Part shown: positions 56,386 through 64,000 of the stretch, one piece after another
Numbering within the stretch: the first letter of the stretch is position 1
How the letters are laid out: each line of letters opens with the position of its first letter
Source of the DNA: a virus
Length of the DNA stretch: 64,000 nt
Strand: one strand, 5' to 3'
Virus record (IMG/VR): IMGVR_UViG_3300037485_001282
Location: 32,001-96,000 of that record
Made by a program: the position numbers and the translations under genes
The notes under the pieces: generated by a model
The model's input: only the letters and a program-made list of their open reading frames with translations
What the model was told of the DNA's origin: nothing
Databases searched by the model: none

Positions 56386-58041
56386 AGTTGCTTATTATCC
56401 GATGCGACCTCGTTTGCTTTATATGGTAAAGTAATGCGAGGAGCTAAAGTTACTAAGGATCTTATAGTAAATAAGTTTAATAAAAAAGACTGCGTAGTTA
56501 AGTTAAATTTACTTATCGATGGGGAACCTTATAAAATTGTTCGTTCAATTAAACCAACGGAACTTAAAGTTTATTTTGGTGAATCGCAAGAAGAAATGAA
56601 ATTCGATTCAATGGCGCATACTCAAGAGTGGCTAGAAAAGAAACTTGGTATTTCTCATTTATGCTTTAATAATATAATCGTTCTTAACGTTGCTTCTTCA
56701 GTTCCTTTCTTAGATATGGACGCTGCTAAAAAGAGAGAAGTAATAGAAAATGTTCTTCAATTAAATTCTTATTCTAAAATGGCAAATATGGCTAAAGATT
56801 TTTACTTAGATCTAAAGACAAATATAAAAGTCTATGATACCGAATACAAATCATCTTTAAGAGACTTGGAAACTGCTAAAGGAACTCAGGAGAAACTATT
56901 AAAGGAACAAATGGAATTCGATAGTAGAAAAAAAGTTGCTACCGATAGAATTAAAAATCAAATCGAAGCTACTTCTAAGGAACTTGAAGAAACTAAGGTA
57001 AAGATAGTAAATAAAGATTACAATGAGAAAATAACGGAACTCCAAGGAACTAGAGATAAATTAATTTCGGAAATTAATAACTGCCAGAATAAAATAAACT
57101 TAAGTAAATCTGATTTAGATAATAGTAACGCTGCTATTAAGAGATTAGTCGAGAAACCATATTGTCCAACTTGTCATACTCCTACCGATAATCCACTTAT
57201 AGTTGACTTTTTAAATTCTCTAAAAGACAAAGTATCTAAAAATACTTCAATTATAGAAGAACAGAATAACCTAAAGGAAACTAATAGAACTAAAGTTACT
57301 AAGATAGAAGAAACTATAAGTAAAGCGAAGACAATAATTAACGATCAGATACGTTTAAAGCAGCGAGTAGGAATATTAACTTCTCAACTTGAATCTTTTA
57401 ATAAGGAACTCACAACAGAAAATTCTAGAGAGTTTTCAGTTAATGTTATATCAAACGATGATATTAAGTTATTAGAAGAAAAGGTTAAGCAGAAAGAGAA
57501 AATATTAGATACCGCTAATACTGATTTCAAGCACTATGAAGTTATTAGAAACATATTGGGAGAAGAGGGTCTTAGAAAATTCGTAGTTTCTAAAATTCTT
57601 CCATTATTTAATACCAAGTTAAATGAGTATTTAAAGATTCTTGGATCTGAATATACGGTTGCTTTTAATATGAACTTAGAAGAAAAGATAATGAACTGCA
57701 TTAAAGAAGAAAGACCATATTCTTCATTTTCTAGTGGAGAAAAGAAGCGAATAGATCTCAGTGTATTATTGTCACTAATGGATATTTCTAGATTGCAGAA
57801 CTCGGTAGATACTAATATTTTAGTTCTTGATGAAGTTCTAGATACTAGTATGTGTTCCGATGGTGTTGAAAATTTCTTAGAACATCTTAAAGAAGGATTT
57901 AAACAAGCTTATCCAGATAAGTGCGTTTATGTAATTTCTCATAGAAAAGAAATTTCGAACGATGTCTTTGATAGAAAAATTTCGTTAATTAAGAGAAAAG
58001 GATTTACTGAAATCGAATCAATTACTGAATTTTCTCGCTAG
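56017..58041 (+). CDS. gp46: gp46 (Rad50/SbcC) C-terminal part with a long split-intein C half
   Basis: 123 aa IntC ending SHN|S; D...FALYGK, coiled coil, CPTC zinc hook, FSSGEKKR, LVLDE, VISH. Confidence 0.93.
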   Translation: MKTTIGTINDFYEKFPEYKGKISVKTPYGFKKILEAKITDYSVPMELVTESGKQIVGSKKHLVKNADDQWVTLSDYKIDDLIKTESGIEKITSLKSLQVAEYLYDIQVAEVEQYYSNGILSHNSCLLSDATSFALYGKVMRGAKVTKDLIVNKFNKKDCVVKLNLLIDGEPYKIVRSIKPTELKVYFGESQEEMKFDSMAHTQEWLEKKLGISHLCFNNIIVLNVASSVPFLDMDAAKKREVIENVLQLNSYSKMANMAKDFYLDLKTNIKVYDTEYKSSLRDLETAKGTQEKLLKEQMEFDSRKKVATDRIKNQIEATSKELEETKVKIVNKDYNEKITELQGTRDKLISEINNCQNKINLSKSDLDNSNAAIKRLVEKPYCPTCHTPTDNPLIVDFLNSLKDKVSKNTSIIEEQNNLKETNRTKVTKIEETISKAKTIINDQIRLKQRVGILTSQLESFNKELTTENSREFSVNVISNDDIKLLEEKVKQKEKILDTANTDFKHYEVIRNILGEEGLRKFVVSKILPLFNTKLNEYLKILGSEYTVAFNMNLEEKIMNCIKEERPYSSFSSGEKKRIDLSVLLSLMDISRLQNSVDTNILVLDEVLDTSMCSDGVENFLEHLKEGFKQAYPDKCVYVISHRKEISNDVFDRKISLIKRKGFTEIESITEFSR

Positions 58042-60259
58042 ATTGAAGTTTCCTAAGAAGGCTTAATATTTTTTCTGAATTATAATAATGAGTAGTACCG
58101 TAGAATTGATTTAAAATTTCTTTATTTTCTATCGGTTTGTTGTTTATCATAAAATCTTTTATTACCAAATATGGTCCATCGTAATATTGCGAGAGGACCA
58201 TTTTTGTTCCTTCTCTGAATTTATTAATTAGATCATAGTCAATTTCAATATCATTTGAGTTGAAATCTAATTTCTTTGTATAGTAAATCATTAAACTTTT
58301 AAAACTATTTAAAACTTCAGCGTATTGGCGTAATAAACCAATCTTATCTGAATTTTTAGCAATTAATTTATCTAAAATTTGAACTCGTCTAAAAATTCTA
58401 TTGATACTCCAATACTTTCTTCTCGTTTCGTCCTTTAAGTTTTCTTTCAATAAACTAACCATTTGGTCCATTTCTTCGTCGATACTAACCGCATAAGAAT
58501 CAGCCATTATAGATAATCGTTTGTTTGAACCACCTGCTTTTGTTTTTCTTTCTGATGGATCTTTTCTTCTCATTTCTTTTTGTTTGAATGAAATTATTCC
58601 ATAACTTTCATTATTTTCGTCTGTTAACTGAAGAATAAACTGATTTACTTTCTTCGGTCTTCCCATTACACTCTTGCCAGTTCTCTTGGCTTGTCTCTTT
58701 TTATAAATTTCATAATCAGAATCATCATTTATATCCAATACAGACGCTTTGATGTTACGTGAACGCATGTATTCGGATATTAAAGTACTAAAAACTCTAA
58801 TCTTACCCTTATCCTGCGCTATAGACACTAGAGTAGAATCTTCGTGTCCATGTGCGTACATGTCAATAATAGTAAAAATAAACTTTATTAACTTATCGTT
58901 GCTTGTAAATTCTATGGATTGAAAATATGATTTCATATTATCCATCAATAACGAGGAATCACAAATAATTGCTTCACCAGTTGGCGATGGTTTAAAAATT
59001 TCGTCCCATTTCAATGCCGAAAAATCTAAACCAGATTGCTCAAATATCCATTTTAAATTACTTCTATTTTCTTCATTGAAAACAAAAGTAGCTACATCGG
59101 TTCTATTGGATGCTTTTAGTGAAAAATTATAAACTTTCGAAGTTTTAACTCCGTTTCTTGAAAGTGCTTCAAATTCAATTAACTTAATTTCAGCATCTTT
59201 CTTAATTTTACCAGCCAATTCAGGATCGAAAGCACCTAAGTCACCTGTGGAAGAAATTTTCAAATCAATAATATCAATTTCGCCATTATTAGCTAAATGT
59301 TCTAAATATTCTCTGGATTCAATGATCTCTGGAATATTTACTAATTGTTCCAAGTATGTTTCAATCATAGAAAAAAGATCGCTAAACTCTGGTCTTGAGT
59401 GATCGTTTAAAATAGTTCTAATATCATCTAGTAACTCTGGAGTGTGGCTTAACTTTAATGAAACTTTAATGTCATCTTTGCTATCTGTTACTTTAAAGGA
59501 TACTTCGTTACTTTCATTTAACTTACTAGGGACTACAACGAAACTAAAAAGAGCAGAGATTCCACCTTGTCCCCTTAGTGATCCTTTAGTTTCAGTAACT
59601 ACTATTTCTGGATTATTTAGTGACTCTCTTTTACTAGCAGCGTTAACTCTAATATACTGTCTAGCAGAACCTTCGGTCTTTTCCTCTGTAGGTAAATGAT
59701 GAGATGCTCTGAACATTTTAGCATAGTAATATACTTTGTTACCATTAATTTCATCTTCGCCTTCAGTAGTAAACTTCTGAGGATCCTCTGAATTTTTATT
59801 AACATTGAAATCTTTTAAAACTTTATTCTTAATGTCATTTATTTTCTCCGTAATTCCCAATTTCTCATAGTACTTTTCTGATTGAGTTTCACTATAAAAT
59901 AATTTATGCTCAAATGTGTCACTCTTAGGTTTAATTTCCTTAGTGGAAGATGTTCTTTTTTGAAGGTCGATCTGTTTAGTTAGAAATATTGCATTTTGGT
60001 CACTAATTTTACTATCGTAAACTACTATTTCCTTTGCTTCGTTATTACATACATAAGTTAATCCATTAAGAATATCATTAGATGATGTTTCCTCAGATAC
60101 AAAGAAATCAGCTATACATATAGGAAACACTAGTTCACTAGCGCCACCCATAAAGTTCCTATGAGTTTTAAGTAATTCCTCATTTTCAAAAATTTTAGTT
60201 TTACTTAAATGGTAAATCTCGTTAATCTTAGTTAAGAAAGTATCTCTGTAATTTTTCAT
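58022..60259 (-). CDS. Large hypothetical protein, possibly head-packaged
   Basis: 745 aa, AAGGA RBS, GATAAATA upstream, INE/LNES/LKEN motifs. Confidence 0.65.
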   Translation of the reverse strand: MKNYRDTFLTKINEIYHLSKTKIFENEELLKTHRNFMGGASELVFPICIADFFVSEETSSNDILNGLTYVCNNEAKEIVVYDSKISDQNAIFLTKQIDLQKRTSSTKEIKPKSDTFEHKLFYSETQSEKYYEKLGITEKINDIKNKVLKDFNVNKNSEDPQKFTTEGEDEINGNKVYYYAKMFRASHHLPTEEKTEGSARQYIRVNAASKRESLNNPEIVVTETKGSLRGQGGISALFSFVVVPSKLNESNEVSFKVTDSKDDIKVSLKLSHTPELLDDIRTILNDHSRPEFSDLFSMIETYLEQLVNIPEIIESREYLEHLANNGEIDIIDLKISSTGDLGAFDPELAGKIKKDAEIKLIEFEALSRNGVKTSKVYNFSLKASNRTDVATFVFNEENRSNLKWIFEQSGLDFSALKWDEIFKPSPTGEAIICDSSLLMDNMKSYFQSIEFTSNDKLIKFIFTIIDMYAHGHEDSTLVSIAQDKGKIRVFSTLISEYMRSRNIKASVLDINDDSDYEIYKKRQAKRTGKSVMGRPKKVNQFILQLTDENNESYGIISFKQKEMRRKDPSERKTKAGGSNKRLSIMADSYAVSIDEEMDQMVSLLKENLKDETRRKYWSINRIFRRVQILDKLIAKNSDKIGLLRQYAEVLNSFKSLMIYYTKKLDFNSNDIEIDYDLINKFREGTKMVLSQYYDGPYLVIKDFMINNKPIENKEILNQFYGTTHYYNSEKILSLLRKLQSSEKIQ

Positions 60260-60291
60260 GAGCTATAGTTCCTTGTCTTATTTATCATTTT

Positions 60292-60474
60292 AGTAACTAT
60301 GTATTTTACCCATTATCCATTCTCAACCACTCAGTTACTTTAGTTACTTTAGTTAATTTTAATTTCATAAACTTATGATTGTAAATATGTAGTTACTTTA
60401 GTTACTATTAGTTACTCTGTAGTATGTTTAATTTTGGTTTCTTCTAATAGTAACTGAGCTACTATTAAGTAACT
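60292..60474. repeat. Cluster of AGTWACT quasi-palindromic heptamers
   Basis: Exact copies at 60292, 60333, 60342, 60391, 60400, 60410, 60449, 60468, plus a near copy at 60351. Confidence 0.7.
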
Positions 60475-60762
60475 ATACACTTTTCCTAAGTTGCTTTGCG
60501 AAATTTCATTATATATTATCTTTATGTAGTTGACTTGTTCTGCGTCTTATAACCATTAAAGATATTAGGTTATAGTCTGAGCTTGGTTGTGCTTACATTA
60601 CTGTAAGACAATATAGGAGGTTATTAGCCTAACTCTTCAGTTCACTAGGAAAGTCGATCCCGTGCCTATACCTTTGAATCCTTTTCTCTAAAGGAACTCC
60701 CTTTTCTGGGCTTAAAAATATTCACTAAACTTTATACTCCCTAGTGACTAAGAGTTTTATTT

Positions 60763-61857
60763 TTAATCTACACCAATCTCAATAGGTAAATTTGAATTAT
60801 ATTTTTTATTAACATCAGTAAAAATTAAGGCTAACCATTTCCTTTCAGGTCCATAGAAAGAAGCGGTTGTAGTTCTAAAATAAGGAAATCTATTTCTCCA
60901 CTTTTTGAATAATTTAGTTCCTTGAGTCAAATATGCTTTTTGGTTAACTTCATTTAATAAATTCTTTTGTCCGTCTGATAAATGGAAACAATCAGCATCT
61001 ATAGCAAAATTTTTATATCCTTGATTTATACAATTTAAGCAAATATCAGCACCATAGAAGTGATAATGATCGAAAGTTACTTCATCAAATAAAATATTTA
61101 AATTAGAACTACAAGCCAATACACATTCATCTAGTGTCTGAACCTCTTTATATGCTCCATTATTTTGGCGCATTATCTGAGCATAAGAAATTTCTTTTCC
61201 ATTATATGTAGTAGCCGTATTAGACAAATAGATAGCACCAGATTCAGTAAATACACCCATGTTGCTTTTACTAGTTCCAGCTATCCCAAGAAATCCTATC
61301 TTCATTCCAGTAGTTTCAAATTTAATAAAGTGACTATAAATTTTCTGAAGCCAATTAGTAGGAACTATTAGATCCTGATGGCAAAATAATAGATACTCAG
61401 AGTTACTTAAGGATCTACCGAAGTTAAGCATCTCAGCGGAACTATTAAATTCATTATTAAAATTAAAAATACTGATTATCTCAAAAGTTACGTTAGTCTC
61501 TTGGTTTCTTAAAGAATTTAAAAAGCCAATATATTGTTCCTTATTGTTGATAGGAACTATAATTGAAAATTTGGTTCTATTAAGTTTCTTAAGATACTTA
61601 GATTTGCTAAAAGGAACTGAAATATCGATAGCATTTAGTTCATCTAAAGCAACTTGAAGTATCTTAGAATTTTCTTCGTTATTATTCATTTTATTAATTT
61701 CATTTATTATATTCTCGTTTTTTATAATTTCTTTTAAACCATTATAATATGCAAGTTCAAAATTTCCAGTTATTTTTTCCCCAGGTCGAATAAAGTGCTT
61801 TTTCCCCTGATGAATTACAGAGATTCCTCGTTTTGTGATGTTTTTAAATATTGGCAT
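60763..61857 (-). CDS. GT2-like glycosyltransferase with N-terminal module
   Basis: FSIIVP, LN.G, LFCHQD, GIAG, VQTLDE, FDE..F..YHFYGADIC. Confidence 0.82.
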   Translation of the reverse strand: MPIFKNITKRGISVIHQGKKHFIRPGEKITGNFELAYYNGLKEIIKNENIINEINKMNNNEENSKILQVALDELNAIDISVPFSKSKYLKKLNRTKFSIIVPINNKEQYIGFLNSLRNQETNVTFEIISIFNFNNEFNSSAEMLNFGRSLSNSEYLLFCHQDLIVPTNWLQKIYSHFIKFETTGMKIGFLGIAGTSKSNMGVFTESGAIYLSNTATTYNGKEISYAQIMRQNNGAYKEVQTLDECVLACSSNLNILFDEVTFDHYHFYGADICLNCINQGYKNFAIDADCFHLSDGQKNLLNEVNQKAYLTQGTKLFKKWRNRFPYFRTTTASFYGPERKWLALIFTDVNKKYNSNLPIEIGVD

Positions 61858-61877
61858 TTTATTTCTAGAAAAATAGT

Positions 61878-63317
61878 TTAGATCGGAATTTCAAAAATCT
61901 TAAAAGGAAATTCGTTCTTCTTATAGTAGCTTATTCGATGCCATAAATGCTTTTCGGATAGATTTAGGTTCTCAGTTATATCATATAATTGAAGTTTATT
62001 TTTAGTAATATGCATTCTTAAACCACGACCAACCGATTGAAGAGTCTGGATTTTTGATTTTCCAGCAGCCCCGAAGATTACCACATGAAGCCTATTAATA
62101 GAAATTCCAGTAGAGAAAACACCAGTAGTGGCTACAGTAATTATTCCGCTTTCTTCATTCATCTTATGTCGAATACCAGATCTTAGATCCTTTTCAGTAT
62201 CTCCACATATAAAGTTGCATTTACACCCAGATTCTTCTAAGATTTTTAAAAGAGTTTTACCGTGATCTACTCTTCTCACTAAAATTAAAATATTTTCGTT
62301 TTTATTTGCGTGTTTCTTCGCTATGTTACAAATAGCCAAGTTTCTTTTCTTATCATCTATCAAAAATTGCTTCTGATCAGCATACTCTTTTACATTAATA
62401 GCATCTAGTATCTCGTTCTTATACAGGAATTTAACTATAGAAATGTTAATATCCGAGATTTGCTTTAATTTGATTAGATCCTTAGCAAATACTTGGTCAA
62501 CTACTGGACCCAAAGCACCCTCAACTGACCAATAGTTACATTTATGGTCTGGCATAGTTCCTGTAGTTCCTATTTTGTACTCAGCGTTAATTGAATACTC
62601 AGAAACTTTTTTAATTTCATCCGATTTAACTCCATGACACTCATCAACAAACAAAGCAAAGCACTGTTCAAGTAAATCTTTTTTATCGTATATTGATTGC
62701 CAAGTACTTATAGTTACTTGAGTCTTAAAGTTCTTCTCTTTCCCATAAAAATTACCTAATATTTCCTCTTTCATCCCATAAGAAACTAAATCTTCCCTCA
62801 TCTGGGAAATTAAGTCAATCGTAGGGACTATAAGAATTATTTTCTTTCCAGGATTCTTATGAACTAGGTAGTTTATCATAAGGAAAATAGAAAGTGACTT
62901 ACCAGATCCTGTACAATGTTCTAAAATGGCTCTCCTCTTATAAAGAGCCTTCAAAGAACCTCTGATTTGATACTCTCTCGGTATCATCTCTGGATTAATG
63001 TTACTCTCAGTTATATCATTAAATTCCTTTATAAAAGAAACTTGATCTACTTTAGGAGCTATTAATTTAGGATCTATTTTAGGTTTATCTTCTTCATCTT
63101 TAAAGTAATTGATGATCTTTTGAAGATGACCCAGTTCAAATAGACCATTCCGCTTAACAAAAAGAATATTACCATCCCATTGCCCAGCTTTGTACTTCGG
63201 CATAAACTGATAATTTTCAGCCTTAATGGAAAATCTTCTAATAATGCCACTCATTATTAAAGCATCATCAGATAATATTCGACCGTGAGTATTATTAACT
63301 TTTAAAATTTCTATCAT
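61878..63317 (-). CDS. uvsW: SF2 DNA helicase UvsW
   Basis: WDG, PREYQ, TGSGKS, VPT, STWQS, DECH, TGT, FSTGI, QSVGRGLR. Confidence 0.95.
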   Translation of the reverse strand: MIEILKVNNTHGRILSDDALIMSGIIRRFSIKAENYQFMPKYKAGQWDGNILFVKRNGLFELGHLQKIINYFKDEEDKPKIDPKLIAPKVDQVSFIKEFNDITESNINPEMIPREYQIRGSLKALYKRRAILEHCTGSGKSLSIFLMINYLVHKNPGKKIILIVPTIDLISQMREDLVSYGMKEEILGNFYGKEKNFKTQVTISTWQSIYDKKDLLEQCFALFVDECHGVKSDEIKKVSEYSINAEYKIGTTGTMPDHKCNYWSVEGALGPVVDQVFAKDLIKLKQISDINISIVKFLYKNEILDAINVKEYADQKQFLIDDKKRNLAICNIAKKHANKNENILILVRRVDHGKTLLKILEESGCKCNFICGDTEKDLRSGIRHKMNEESGIITVATTGVFSTGISINRLHVVIFGAAGKSKIQTLQSVGRGLRMHITKNKLQLYDITENLNLSEKHLWHRISYYKKNEFPFKIFEIPI

Positions 63318-63763
63318 TTCATTCCCAGCGTAAGTTTATGGTATTCACGCAGTTCCTTTAAACTATATATAGTCTTATGCAACGAATCGTACTTTTTAGT
63401 TAATAAATTAACTACGTCTTCCTGATAGTCAAAAGCAGTTTTAATCTTTACCCAGTTTTCATTTTTATAAACATATTGCTCTAAATCTCCTTTTTTAAGC
63501 GCCATTCCATTTTTAAACTTTAGATCATGAGTTATGTTACCTTTAATTTCTTCTTTTTTTAACGTTAGCGCCTTTAAAAGTAACTTCTCGGTACTCAATA
63601 AACATAGACACTCACCTATTTCCTTAAAGTTCCTTAGATACTCTGATTTTAGATCCATCTCGTTAATAGGATGGTCATACATAGCAATATACTCCTGAGA
63701 TTTTAACTCGAAGTATGCGTCAATTTCATCTAAAGTTGATTCAGTAACTTGTAATAGACTCAT
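63314..63763 (-). CDS. uvsY: Recombination mediator UvsY-like
   Basis: Helical, LKK.DLE.YV motif, adjacent to uvsW. Start revised to MSLLQ (ATGA overlap with the upstream ORF). Confidence 0.65.
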   Translation of the reverse strand: MSLLQVTESTLDEIDAYFELKSQEYIAMYDHPINEMDLKSEYLRNFKEIGECLCLLSTEKLLLKALTLKKEEIKGNITHDLKFKNGMALKKGDLEQYVYKNENWVKIKTAFDYQEDVVNLLTKKYDSLHKTIYSLKELREYHKLTLGMK

Positions 63764-63999
63764 TTCCAAACCCGATCAAAGTTCTGTAAGTAACTAACTA
63801 CCTTCAGTTTACTAGCAAGAGAATCAAGTAACTTATCAAAGTATTCACAAATTATTTCTTGGTAATCTTTGAAAATTTTTATTTTCTGATAGTTTATGTT
63901 GGTGTAGATCCATTCCTTTATTTCATATTCGCTACTAAATGTTCTACTAACTTCTTTTCCGTCTGGTCTAGTAACTATTACTCTCCCTTCCTTTGCCTT
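63760..63999 (-). CDS. 3' end of a hypothetical protein entering from the right edge
   Basis: Open frame KAKEGRVIVTRPDGK...FDRVWK*; its TGA overlaps the uvsY ATG. Confidence 0.55.
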   Translation of the reverse strand, partial: KAKEGRVIVTRPDGKEVSRTFSSEYEIKEWIYTNINYQKIKIFKDYQEIICEYFDKLLDSLASKLKVVSYLQNFDRVWK

Positions 64000-64000
64000 C

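Noticed and set aside
12331-58041. Frameshifts, pseudogenes or group I introns as the reason nrdJ, gp43 and gp46 are broken
   Set aside because: Each break has intact intein N and C blocks and its own RBS. Gaps of 18-57 nt leave no room for a ribozyme core.
4735-61371. Many short antisense or nested ORFs in the track (e.g. 4735-5202, 7544-7915, 14093-14449, 35790-36164)
   Set aside because: They are shadows of well-supported genes on the other strand, with no RBS or motifs.

Overview
This is a 64 kb AT-rich segment of a large T4-related (jumbo) myovirus genome using the standard genetic code. From left to right it holds: baseplate genes (gp7-like, gp6, gp25, gp5), an NAD-dependent DNA ligase, a small glycosyltransferase cluster, a class II ribonucleotide reductase, putative head-packaged proteins (one with an ADP-ribosyltransferase domain), and a ~13 kb glycan biosynthesis island. 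These are followed by the T4-type replication/recombination core (gp61, regA, gp62, gp44, gp45, gp32, gp33-like, gp41, uvsX, gp43, gp55, gp47, gp46, uvsW, uvsY) and a six-gene tRNA array. The most unusual element is upstream of the tRNA array (Leu, Tyr and four 8/4-type Ser tRNAs). It has a promoter, an unannotated 22-codon leader ORF with 13 consecutive Ser/Leu/Tyr codons covering all six anticodons, and mutually exclusive antiterminator/terminator hairpins. This looks like ribosome-mediated attenuation that switches on phage tRNAs when decoding of those codons fails. Three essential genes (nrdJ, DNA polymerase, gp46) are each fractured by a split intein flanking a free-standing Vsr-like endonuclease with its own late promoter. 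One of these inteins is cysteine-less and one is atypically split. All assignments were made by eye from motifs and synteny; no database searches or folding programs were run.
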